A stretch of 64,000 bases of DNA from Phoronis australis (Eukaryota; Animalia; Phoronida), in assembly GCA_002633005.1 (NCBI GenBank), contig NMRA01000187.1, positions 675,561 through 739,560 of the forward strand, in the 5' to 3' direction. Below the pieces are notes generated by a model, which saw only the letters and a list, made by a program, of their open reading frames with translations, did not search any database and was not told the DNA's origin. Positions 1 to 12,431 of this stretch are shown here, in pieces. Numbering within the stretch: the first letter of the stretch is position 1; every line of letters starts with the position of its first letter. Both the position numbers and the translations under genes were made by a program.

Positions 1-3000
1 CTTTGATCTCTTTGTTAGGTGGCTGGTCGTGGCTTTTATCAATGGGTAACTTCTTGTCGTAACCCTTACCAAGCAGCAGCATTGAGAACGAAGAGCCCTC
101 CACCTGAAATTCACAAATTGAATAAATTATTTCCCTCTGCGTGAGACTCAGAAAACCAGCATACAACGCTACATACTGAAGACTAGAACTGCAATCAAGA
201 GGGTCTCCTATTAGTTATCTTGCCAATAAATGGTTTTGAATCTCCAGTTTCCCTAATTAGTCTTCTTACCTGTTTTCTGGATGGGCCTCCGGTTTTTATC
301 ATACCACAGGTGAATAATTCAGGGTACTGAAAACAAACACACAGCACATTAATTTACTTATAATGAAATTTCCACAGCTGTGACAAAAAGTGTTATCTAA
401 GAGATAATTATTTTTTGTTATTTTTCAGTTTATAAACCATTCTGTATGGAGATGATAAGCATGTAGTGTCAAATAGTAGTTTAAAAATAAACTAGACAGA
501 CTCCATCAAACTATGACGACTTCCTTTCGAAAATTATTCATCAGAAAAATGAGTATAATAAAACTTCAGTTACAATAAATTTGTATCTTTGTTGGAATTT
601 AATGTGGTGTAACTGTGCCTAGGCTCCAATTGTTTATTTGTGAATAGCATTGAAATGGAAGTTACAGCATTGAGCAACACCTGTCAAGATTTTGCCGAGA
701 AGTAGCCAACAGTGAAACGGATTCTAGATAAAAAACGAATGTTTAGTGGCAGTTTCGTGCATCAGATTTCAACGTTGTTCATTTTGAAAACTTTCTTACA
801 TTGCACGAGAGAGGACAGTTTCCACTAATTTGAGAAGGAATCCTAATACTGATGCACCATTTGTGACATTTTCATTCTTGGCCTCCACATTTCTCAGTCA
901 AAACGAAGGTAAAGAGCACCCTAGGTTGTGGTAAAATGTACCAAATTTAGGGTATAATGTGATGGGCATTGTAAAAGTTGATATTCTAATATTTTCCATT
1001 ATGTAGCACCAAATTAAGGCTTTCCATTCCGCAACACGAGAAAATATTTAGGAAATATGTGGGCATTCAAAACAATGTAAGAAGCCATTGAGAAATGAAG
1101 ATAATGCATTAGACATTACATTTTCACGAAAGACGTCGCTCTAGTCGGTTGGCGAGTAGATAATACACGCAGTGTTGGCTTACGCAGTAAATGTTAGGCT
1201 TTATTTTTTAATGAAATGGACGATTATCAGTTTTACCCTATCATTGCATTCCACCCACACACAAATACAAAGTGTTTGTGTTGCACAAACTAATGAATAT
1301 ATTACCTATTAATTTTTTGAAGATGATATCAATCATTTATTCAAGACCTGCGAAGTAACATCTTTCCCTTATAGCAACTTGAAAGTAGACAGACAGTATT
1401 TCAAAGTTAACAAACTACTGACTGAACTAGTCCCAGTTGGTCGACAGTGCCATTTTTTACGAAACTTATGCATTATTTTGAGTGAAAATTTGCAACCGAG
1501 ATGTACAGCACAACACAACCTACTTTTTCCAATAACTTTCTGCCAAAGCTGAACTGAGCCAGGATGAAGAACAAGATGCCAAAGAAAGTGAAGCCAACTA
1601 AAAAGGCCAGACCAGGAAGAGCTATGTAGGGACCGAACTGAACCTGAAACAAAATGACAGCATAATATTCACTACAGTTCACAAATAAATGTCTCTTAAA
1701 AGCTGAAGGCTTTTACCTCAGTGGGATGTTTATGGTGACTGACACAACACTGTTAACATGGCAGCTTTATGAGATCAGGGTGAAACATCTACAATTCATA
1801 TGCTATATTTTTTAATATTTCTCAGGCCTTTGAAATCCCTGTTAAGGAAGAGATACGGAAAACAGTTTGTACTTTCATGCTTCATCAATGAAATTACATG
1901 ACGAGTAAAAGAAAACACACTAGGGTCTATGGCAAGCTTACGGGTCTTCTCTTCTTGACATCATGCATGAAGCGCTGAGACCGGTAGACCACAGGTTTGT
2001 CTGCAAAGTCGTTGCCCACAATGTACTTGTTCACCTCAGGACTCAGGGACACATAAGGCCTACAAAAGTACAGAACAGCACAGAGACATCTCCTAACCTC
2101 TGTAAACTACAAAAGACATGCACGCACATCGGAGCTGAGCGTGCATTTAATGAGGCTAGTACTTTAAGAGTTTGGAAAGACCAAGTGTTGAAAGTCTCTC
2201 TTGAGATATTGCTGGATAGGTAGACGTGCGGAGTCCATGACCTCACCAACTTTCTTTTGCAGAAGATTAAGGTTACGCAGGACCTTAATGACAAGCAAGT
2301 AGATTTAGCTAAAAATCAAAAGAAGTTATTGATTTTTCTGTCAGTGAAAAATGATGCTTTCTGAAATCAATGTAGAGAGCCTGTAGAATTTGATTTATGA
2401 CTTAATAATAACCTGCCATTAATTGGGTCATGATGTATTATGAGGAAAAAAGAAAGTACCAAAACAACGGTTACCGTAACAAAAACATTTGTTTTATACA
2501 AAGTGAAATGTCAAAAACGGTGTAGCTGAAGTTTTAAAAAGTTCATTTAATTTTTATTTAATGCACATTTAATTTTTTTCATGAAAATCACAGAAGTCCT
2601 ATTTTGATAGACTCTCTCTCATGCAAAAGTAGAAGATAATAAAATTCATAACAGCGGTATGGAGAACCAAGCATGAAGAGTACATAGTATCCGAAAGAAC
2701 CATGTTGTTCAAGTTAGCTAAATTTGGACAATTTTGTAGGGTTTTACCACTCCCTTCTCACAATAAGCACACAGATTAGCTGCACTGGTTATTTACACAA
2801 GAGTGCACTAAAGGCTGTCCTTGTTTACTAGACACTTGTTTACTCGGACAATTTATAGGTTTAAAACAAATGCACTGTAATACATGAAAACAATGCCGTT
2901 TAACATTGACACTTTGTACTCGAATGTACGATCTAACCTTTTCGACAGCTTATGCTTGTACGCAGGCAGTGGTTTGGGGAACAGCTTCCTCCTCAGGGGT

Positions 3001-6000
3001 CCCAAATGACGAGCGCTAGCAATACCATGGATGGCGCTGACGTATGTGCCCGTGTTGACTGCCATGCCCTGTATGAGACACAGTGATACTCAAAAAGAAG
3101 GCACATTTGGTTCAATCACTTCAAAATAACACTCCTAAATATATTGTGGCTCAAACCAACTCCCATTATTGTGACCAAAATAAAAATTCACTGTTCTGAA
3201 CTGAATTGTCAAAGTGGGATTTACAATAGACAAAAATGATACTACAAGCAGGCAAAAGTTGAACTGGATTGTCCTAGTGGGATTTACAATAGACAAAAAT
3301 GACACTACAAGCAGGCAAACGTTGAACGGATGTAAAAAAAATTAAAAAGACAACAAACTGGCAAATTAAAACGTCTCGGTATGAGGAATAACAAGTGATT
3401 CGGCCAAGCCAAGAGTCCGGCATGGTCATTAAAGTCGCGTGACCCTTGAATATAAGAGAAAAGTGAACAGTAAGGAGGAACACAAACTGACAGAAGAAGA
3501 AATTTAAAGTAAAGAAGAGTGCAAAATTATCTAAATTTAATGTTATATGAAGAATGTGACATTTCTGTTGAATGTATAATGTATTCTATTCATCGTCAAA
3601 ATCAATTTTTATGAACCTTCAAATTTGCAAGGGTTGGGTTGATATCTTGAACCAATCCCTTGAAGAGTTTCGTCAGGATTGCACTTAAAAAGTAGACTTC
3701 CAAAAGATTTGCATAAGAATAGCCACATTTTCATCAGTTGTAGAAATCTAATATTTCCGTCACTGCACAAAGATCGTGGCTGCCTTTCTCTTAACTATGC
3801 ACATCATTAGTCATTACTTGGAACACTGCCACTTTTACAACAAAATTTTTTGTACGAAATCATAAAGCCATTACATTGATGGTAGATAATTGTGATGTTC
3901 CAGATGAGTGAGAACCCAATAAAACAGCAAATTCCTTGACAGTGTTCTCACATTCACCTGGCACTTTAAATAAACAACTCAACGAGTCACAAATAAGGCA
4001 GTTGGTTCTTGTACTTTGGCAAATTTCATCTATGGTGATATTGCCAGTTGCCAATCTTCACTACGTACCATTCTGGCAGAGAGCAAAAATCAAGAAATTT
4101 CCAGTACCATGATCTAATCTAGAGTCACGCTTGATTAAACTTGTCAAGCAAGCTTTTTGTTTCGGAACACCAAACTGTGGTTAAGCTAGTTAGAGCTTAC
4201 AGCCACACAAAGGAATCAACAGGTGAAAGTTAAGTCTAATTTCTCTGAAAGTCAACCATTCAACGTTTTTTGGTGAAAGTTTTTCATACAAAACACATCT
4301 GCTTCACATTTATTGAAAGTCATGTTTGTAAATAGTATTTTTAAATATCAGCTAGCATTAGGGGCACTGTTTACAACATAATTGCTGGATTACATGTCTG
4401 AGCTCACCAGATGAAAGCAGACAATAAGAGAGCAGGACTATGTAAACATTGGTTTGCCACTGTCAAACTGATAACAACACAGCTATTTCAGGACTGGTGG
4501 ATCCGTCAGTCAATCTGGATACTCATTCCACTGGGCAGGTGCTTAATGTTATAGAGGGATACTTGTCAGCTTGTTATATCTGGTGACATCACAGATAACT
4601 TGAAAACGAGCAATATCACAGAAAGCAACATTTAGGCTTATAATGCTTGAAAGCACGGGTCCACTGAAACATGCTTTTTGGTAAAAATAGTTGAAAAAGA
4701 GACACAAAATACACCAAATAAATACATACAGTACAAATGACAAAAAATGACCCACAATTCCTCGTCAAGATGGTAAAACAGAACCAGAATTCATCATTAA
4801 TGCATTCTCTAGTTCAATGACTTGATCACGACAGACTTGTGCAGGTTGTGAACATCTGATAACATGATGCTCCTTTATTAACTGATGAACACAGTCTTTT
4901 TTGGCATGACAACATGCTGGTCAATTATCCACCAGGCTTCAAAGAGTTGCTGAAACTGTCATGCCTTCTGACAGTAATTGGGCGATTTTGGTGAGTCAAA
5001 CATTAAACATGACGAGCATTTGATGAGGAATTCAGAATGGTTATTGGTTTATTCAAACACTTTGTAACTAATCTTCTAATTTTAAAAGCATAGCCTAGTC
5101 AGGCTCATTGAAATTAGATCAATTGTCAAACAAAGGAGAGCTGGCCCTCCAGCCATAAATACCACACTTGAGTTAATCAAATGTGCAGTATACTGCCTAC
5201 ACAAGTCAACCAGCATTAGAACTGGTCATCCGGCGGAACAAGTTGGATCCAAAAGGAGAACGCCGTAATGTCACCAGAGGAGTCTTCCCTCAGGACCGAC
5301 CAAGAATGAAAGGGAGTTAACAAGACAGACATTCTGTAATTTGAATTTTGCACAGTTACATTTATTTACCAGTCATTTTAGGTGCAGCTGTCATGACAAC
5401 AAAACGGTATTTTGTGTATTCTTGTACTGTAGATGAGAGAGTCGTTTGTGTGAAAGATTTTCAAGGCGTGAACCATCTAAGCAGGTTAAAGTCAAATTTC
5501 GCAATGTAAACACAAATATCACGAATCAGATTGCATGCCTACCAGTTATCCGTGTTATCATTGAATGTTTTCAATTTGACAACCACCCCACAATTGAAAA
5601 CGACAGCATAGCCTGTAGATGGAAACCTTCAAATTGCACAAGGGATGTTGTCCCAAAACTTTAATTATGTGAACAGCACAATTAAAATACCATACAACAA
5701 ACAGCAAAGGGACGAAAAGAACAAAGTGGCATTGCTCACCTCTGGGCCGGAATGGAACTGGAGCAAATTCTCAACAGAATTCAAGTCACCTGAAGCCAAG
5801 AACACAACATGTACACAAGATCGTTTGGAGTTTTAAGGCTGTGTAGGGCCCAAGAGATATTACAAAATTAGGCTAATTTTGCAATATCATATGCCAGCTA
5901 TGACACATAGGATTACCACAAAACTTTCAGATAATATGATTTATGCACTATTATTCAAAATACTGCAAAGAATTGTTTTTAAAAATTTCCAATTTTTCAA

Positions 6001-9000
6001 TGGGGCACTCAAAAACAGGACTTGAATGGTTCTCATAAAAAACTCAAGTTTTATAAAATGAAAACAAAATAATTTAGAAAACTCTAAAAGCGTTTTTGAA
6101 ATTTTATCTTGAACAAAATTTGGTCAGACAATGTTATTGATGGCATAGCTTTATCCAAATTTCTTTTTTTACTAAAATTTTCCTACTAAGACATGGTCAC
6201 GATACTCAACTGTTGGCAGACTGGTGTAAAGCCAAAATTCAATTTCTGCAATAGACTTTCTATTTTTTTTGAAAATATACATTTAGTGACATACATAATA
6301 ACTGAAGTAATATACATTACTCTTGACATGATAATAGACTCCATAAGAGTTGAAAAATCTTGGTGTATCCATGATACATAATATTTAAATGCTGACTCAA
6401 CTTTATTTTATACTAAAATTTTGGATTGCTATAATTATTAAAGTAAAAGTTTAAAATTTTCAAGTTTTTAAAATAATGTTAGCTGCAGTTAAATAAACTT
6501 ACTATTTTGACTGTACAAGTACACCAGAAATTTTGTGTTTTTGGAGAAATAGTTGGCCTACACTCTGAACACACATACCGGTAGAACAAGGACTTCAAAA
6601 CCTAGTTAATATATTTTTTCCAAATTTAATAAAAGTAACAAATAAATCCAAACCAAAACGATGACATAAAATGTTTTGCATGGGGACATCAGACTAGTCT
6701 AGAGCAACAAGTAGCAACATCCCGAAATACACAGCGCTACTCAGATCCTGTGGTATTTTACCCAGAATGCTGCACATCCTCAGGGGACTTGTCTCACTGC
6801 TGCTATGGTAACACTACTGTATCAAAGATTATTTCACCATCCGTCATTCTAGCACCAACAAATTTTTACTGTGAGTTGCAGCATTCTAGGACTCCAAAAA
6901 ATCGACAAAATAAGTTGAGAGAGCATAATACATTCTTCTTGCCTTGGCCCCACTCAGATCAGAAGTGTTATAGTGGCCTGACCTTTTGCAAAGAGAGTCA
7001 ATCATACAAATGAATGTCTTTTTCTACCTCTATAAAAGAGGAGACTTGGATTCTTGGAGTAATAAACCTTTCTCTCTCGTAAAATTGGTCTCATAAAATT
7101 CCTTACCATGACAGAATTCCATTTCCACTGCCAATAAGTATTTCGTGTCATTTTCGAATTCACAATTTCAGGGTTTGCCAACTCCAATAAACTCTAAAAC
7201 ATTCTCTCGAGTCGAAAGTTTTTACGTTCCTGTTAGCAGTGCAAACAGAATCCATTACAGAAAGGAGTTTGTTATTAGACCAATTTTAAGAGAGTAAGCC
7301 AATTTGATTTTTGTGTTTAGTCAGCTAAATGGGGTGAAGTGATCGCTTTAATTATCTTTTGTTTCCTCTCGCCCAACTATGATTACTCTGAGAAGGTTAG
7401 GCTGGTAGGAAAAATATTTTATTTCTTATTTTGCATTGTCAAGACTCGTGATTGCTTTTCTTAAATATTTTATTTTTGCCATTAAAAAAAACAAAACTGC
7501 ACATATTTTATGAAGTCGGGAGCGATGCTAAACAAAGCTTTTATTCACGCCTGACCTTCAAAATTTTGTTGACAAAACTGAATGCCCATCTCAGCTGGAA
7601 TGGAGTCAAAACCACAGGAGCCCAGGATGTAGACACCGGCCCTCTTGGCTTCCTCATGGTAGTTATATTGAATACCTTCCAGGTACTGCGGGGTAGAAAG
7701 TCACAGACTGAACATTTTACGTAAGAAGTAGAAAACAAAAATGCTGCCAGAGTGCAGCAAAATTGTGAACTTAAAACCGTTCACGACATCGTGCACAGAA
7801 GCAAGTGAATTTTACAAAGAACTTATCTAGAGTTCAACAGTTGGAACTTTGTATAACACCCACACCTAACTCTTAGCAATTATTATACTGCAATCAGTAT
7901 ATTCTAAGCAAAAGCACTCCATATTTAGACAGTGTCCAATGATGATTCATACAATACATCCACAACTTTTAATTGGTAATGTTTCAATAACTTAAAGTTG
8001 CTAAACAGACAAACCCACTTTTCATTACAAAAACAACTTTTGATTTAAGCCACACGTCATAAGAATATGATAATGTTGTCAGATTGTTCTTTAGTTAAAT
8101 TTCAGGTGATTTCTTGGCCTGGAAAGAACTGCTACTGCCTCCAGACCACATTCTACAAGTTTCCTTGTCACCGCAGGTCATTTTACACCCTGAGCACTAA
8201 CAAAACTGTCAGTAAGGACCAAGTTGAGACCAGTCATGGTAACTGTAAGTTGTCTAAATCTGTTTAATAGTTAGTTTATAAATGCTTCAACAATAAATTA
8301 CTGAAGACAAACTGGGACTGCAACACTAGTACCATGAACACAAATTTCTGAGAAGTCATAACATCGTATAATACTGAAACAATCGTATGTTTAATTTTAC
8401 CATCATGAAGTTAAAAGAGAACGTGTAAAGTTTGAAAAATTAAATATTCCTAACTACAATCACTGAGCAGATTTCTAACTTAAGAGCTAATATTTTTAGT
8501 ATGCCAATTCACTACTTATTTTGCACAGAAATAATTACCAAAATTTTCATGTTTTCACTTTTCAAAGGCTGATTACTTTGTTACAAATAGCGAAAAAATC
8601 ACCAAATATTCTTTTATGGTATCTTCTACGCTTATAATAGAATACATCTTTTAATTTCTATTTTTGAGAAAAAAACAAATTTAAATAACATTTCACACAT
8701 TGCCACCTAAATAAAGAATTACTGCACCACCAGGTGGCACTTCTGACAGATATTTCCAAGAAACTGTCTTACTTCTGGCTCACCACTGACATCAAGCTGG
8801 CTGGCTCCATTTTGTATGCACGCTTTCACCACAGGCTCACCATAGAACCGGTACTGGAAAAGAAAAATAATAGTAATTGCCACTTAGCAGAGGCATTATT
8901 ATGACTGTAATACCTTCCTGAAAATCAAGTCATTTTTTTGACGACAAGTTAGTTATAGCTGCTTAGCTGGGCTGACTCCAAGCAGACAAGGAAACGCATG

Positions 9001-11658
9001 CAGCCTTATTAAAGCCACAGACAATAACCACATTGTTTATAAAATGGGCCCCCGGGACTTTGTTTCAAAGGGGTGTTTGACTTTTCACATTCAATTCTAA
9101 AAAATGTCAGTCGAGTTCTTATCCTTTGTTTGTTGTAAAAATTGCCAGGATAATTTCCAGTTGGCTGTAGCACATTGCCACCCTGAAACTGCTGTGACAA
9201 GCAATTTGCTGGTCCTTACGTGAAGAAATAGTTTTGTCTTCCTAAACCGCTTTGAGGTGGTGAAGCAGTAACATCATTTCTAAAATCTATTGATCTATTT
9301 ACACTAACCTCCAGCTAGCAACATTATTTGGCACAATGTTTCAGTCAGATCTCCAGCCATCTTCAGGTGTTACAGCATTCCTAGAAGAACGAGCACAAGC
9401 CTTTGGTACACACATGGTGGTCAATGACAGCGGGAGAAATGACTGACCGAAACGGCGTGCCAATGTAAATAGGTCAGAGGCAGGTGCAAATAGACTTCCA
9501 ATAGATTTTAAAAATCATGTGACCTAAGCTGTTACTTCCTCTCGATCTAGAAATCGTCATTTCTAATCACAGAAAGGAAGAAGAAACTAATTATATAACC
9601 AGTAATTGGTCCACAAAAGGTGCGGGTTTATGGTCCTGTCTAAGCATTTACACATCACGTAACGCTTTTGTCCCATCCTTACACTGTGTTTCAGGAGTAT
9701 AGCTCTTACTGCTTGAAAACAATTTGCTGCACAAACAATCAACTTACTGGTCCTACACAGTTCAACACAACACGGCTTCTTTGGCACATTTCGTTTAAGC
9801 TTTCCTCATCTTTGCAGTCAGCTATCATAACTGTTATACCAGATAAGTCTTCACCTAAAGTTAAAGTTTAAACCACTATTTATTATTAACAAAGAAACAC
9901 CTCCAAAATATATTCTGAGGAGGCAGTGTGGCCTAGCGTGATATCACTGCCCGGTTTCTTTACTCGAGGTGATGGTTTCGAGTCCCACTAGGCTGCACTG
10001 CTAGACTTAGCTCTCAGAGTCACGTTTCTAGCTCCTCTGCTTGGTTTTAACCATATATTGATAAAACATAAAAATAGTTCCAGGTGATCAGTGCAATGGG
10101 CCCACATGCGTGGCCTGCGCACGTCTGGTGCAACGTGCACCAAATCGTCTGCAATTATTTTTTTTAAAGTAAAATCTCATACTCTGCTAGTTTGAAAACT
10201 ATCGCAGCTCGGCGGATGATAAGGGGTGACATAGATAGATGATTACATTCCTTTTTGATGAGGTGTGCAGCTGGAAAAACATTAAGATACCCGTCCGTTT
10301 AGAGAGTGAACTCGGAAATCTATCGACTAATTGAAGGGATTGGAATTTAAAGCTTCCACGAAATATCATTTTTTGTAGGGACTAATTCCTTAAACCTATT
10401 CCTTAAATTTTCATCAAAGGAATTCTTGGACAGCTGATCAAATGTTTAACTCATACAGCCAGTACAAGAAGAGATGTTACAGTGGTGTCATAAATGAGTT
10501 CATCTTTTCGAACCAAATTTTTAAAATGGTTTTAAAACCAATATGATATATATCAAACGGCACCAAAAAGCAATTAACCTCACAAGTTGACCAGCTGTCA
10601 AATTAGAACACCCGCTAACACAGTGATTTATTAATTTGTTGATCTCGAGTTACACGTATTCATTGGTCGATGCATAGAATCGGCACCGACCAATCACATC
10701 ATGCAGTAGACATCCTCCACGATTGTTTTAATGATGTGGAAAGTCGGCTTGTTTTGCGGTGGATTGGTTTAATAAAGAATGAGGAGGAGTTGCACTTGTG
10801 GTGTATGGTTGTGACAGCTCAGTATTTCACAATTACACAGTGTTTTTTTCCACAAAAGATCAGAGAAGCACGGACATGGCACCATTTTTTCCAAGAGTTG
10901 CTTGAAATGATGGCACGTAGTCCTCAGGCACTGCATGGTCAGATAGCGGCCCCTGATTTAGAGAATCAGGCAATCACTGAATAACGGGCCCATTGTTTAG
11001 TGGATGAACTGGTTCTCTAAATCAGGGACCGCTATATCCATGCAACCACTTGTGCCCGTAGACGTTCTGGCGTTAGTAATCTATATGTCAACTCTTGTCT
11101 GCGGAGCTAAGAATTTCGCTGTTCTTCTGTTTTCTCATTTTGGGGATATATTTAATTTATGGTTGTGACATGCAGCGCTACATAAAGAAAGGCTTAATGA
11201 TGCTGCAATGTATAACCACTTATTAATAATGTCAACAAGGTAATGACCTAAAATATGAACAAATAAATAACTCGATCTTTTTAAGATAGATTTGTTGAAA
11301 GAAAATGGTCATCCTATATGGAGTTTCAAACTCTGACAAAGTGAACATTTTTTTAGTAATTTTGTCAGAAAATGTCCTTGCAGTATGAATAAATCCAGGG
11401 CAACTGTGAAGGAGTCAAGCCGAGAGATTGGGTGAACAATCAACATAGCCGTCAGGGGGAGCTGTAACAAGGAACTTGGGACGAACCAGTCAGATCGGAC
11501 ACTTCGTCAAGTGCTTTTCTAAGTTTCTTTTCACTCCTTCCTGCAACTGCAAAAGTCACTTTCTCCTTCTTATAAATTCGAACCATTTCTTCTAACGTAT
11601 ACTGTCCTGTGAAGCCACTTGCTCCGTAAATTACAAAATCAAAGCGATCGCCAGACAT
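1..11658 (-). CDS. SCCPDH: Saccharopine dehydrogenase-like oxidoreductase (SCCPDH), spliced, 3' end truncated by window edge
   Basis: Exons with GT-AG boundaries and continuous frame: 11658-11487, 9854-9748, 8853-8773, 7685-7556, 5789-5740, 3068-2938, 2059-1942, 1643-1524, 326-270, 103-1. Translation includes the Rossmann motif IYGASGFTG, AVAGRS, VVLNCVGPYRFYGEPVVKAC, DVSGEP, GSCGFDSIPAEMG, a hydrophobic segment (GLAFLVGFTFFGILFFILAQFSFGRKLLEKYPELF) and GPSRKQ, all collinear with SCCPDH as I recall it. Confidence 0.93.
3213..3332. repeat. Two-copy direct tandem duplication, about 63-bp period
   Basis: agtgggatttacaatagacaaaaatga(t/c)actacaagcaggcaaa(a/c)gttgaac at 3213 and 3276. Confidence 0.85.
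9918..10000 (+). mobile_element. tRNA-derived SINE head remnant
   Basis: A-box-like TGGCCTAGCG and B-box-like GTTTCGAGTCC at tRNA-like spacing, with no intact cloverleaf. Confidence 0.45.
10942..11038. mobile_element. Short hairpin MITE-like element
   Basis: atagcggcccctgatttagagaatcag ... ctggttctctaaatcagggaccgctat are near-perfect inverted repeats. Related fragments occur at about 57397-57472 and 57640-57666. Confidence 0.6.
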
Positions 11659-11699
11659 CTCGTCTTTCAGCACTCGGCACAACCGACAACGTAAAGAGG

Positions 11700-11840
11700 G
11701 CGCTCTTGATCTTGGTGAGCGTGACGTCATTCCAGGTAACTAAAATGGCGATTTGTTGAGGAAGGAACGTAATTTTTGTGGTGAAAATGACGCCTGGCTA
11801 ACGAGGGATACCCTTACCTGTAAATAGTTGAAGGTAACTT
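11700..11840. promoter_or_regulatory. Putative bidirectional promoter between SCCPDH and the SUSD4-like gene
   Basis: Head-to-head genes. Perfect CRE TGACGTCA at 11722-11729, YY1-like AAAATGGCG at 11742-11750, locally CpG-rich, and a plus-strand donor-like AAG|GTAACT near 11833 that could end a non-coding first exon. Confidence 0.5.
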
Positions 11841-12003
11841 TCTTTAAGGTGCAAATTGACTCATCAATCCGGTTTTTAAGTCGCTGTAAAGTACTAACCT
11901 ATTCCCAAGTTACGAGAGACGTGACTAGGCTGGTGACTAATTGGAAGATCAAGATGGAAATCGAGAGAATTTCTTTCGCTAGCGAAAGAATGTCTTTCCA
12001 TTC

Positions 12004-12273
12004 CATGCGCGCACCCAGGAGGGGGGGGGGAGGGACTCGGAGGGCTCGAACGAGCCCCCCATTTGGCGAAGTGGGCAAAGAGGTCCCCCCTGAGAGACAA
12101 AATGTCCGAGGAAATGGGACAAAAGTCCAGTAAATAAGCGCAAACGCGCAATTCACAGTGGTGCCCTCGTTTTTTTTTCTCTTTTTTTGTTAGTCCGCCC
12201 ACTCTTTTGTTAGTAAAAGGTCCCTAACGTCAGGAATTCGAGCCCCCCATTTTGTAGGCTGGGTGCGCACATG
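12004..12273. mobile_element. MITE with 15-bp TIRs and 5-bp TSD
   Basis: CATGCGCGCACCCAG ... CTGGGTGCGCACATG (14/15 match), flanked by CATTC on both sides (11999-12003, 12274-12278). Internal G run and repeated cgagcccccc. Confidence 0.8.
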
Positions 12274-12431
12274 CATTCAGGGAATGAATTTTGTCAGAGA
12301 AGTCGACAATTTGTCAGCTTTGCTTCCTTGTTGTCATGAAGTTATAGTGTGTTCTAGGGTGTGTTACGTCACATCCCGGGTGTTTTCAGAATCCCTGTAG
12401 AGCAGCAGTTCAGAGTTAAGGAGTTGCCGCC

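Noticed and set aside
5220-5336. GC-richer island in a SCCPDH intron, considered as an extra exon or snoRNA
   Set aside because: No compatible splice sites or frame and no clear snoRNA boxes on the host strand; the SCCPDH frame is complete without it.
11828-12202. Three overlapping 85-102 aa ORFs with Gly/Pro runs
   Set aside because: They derive from the GC-rich MITE at 12004-12273 and show no domain similarity.
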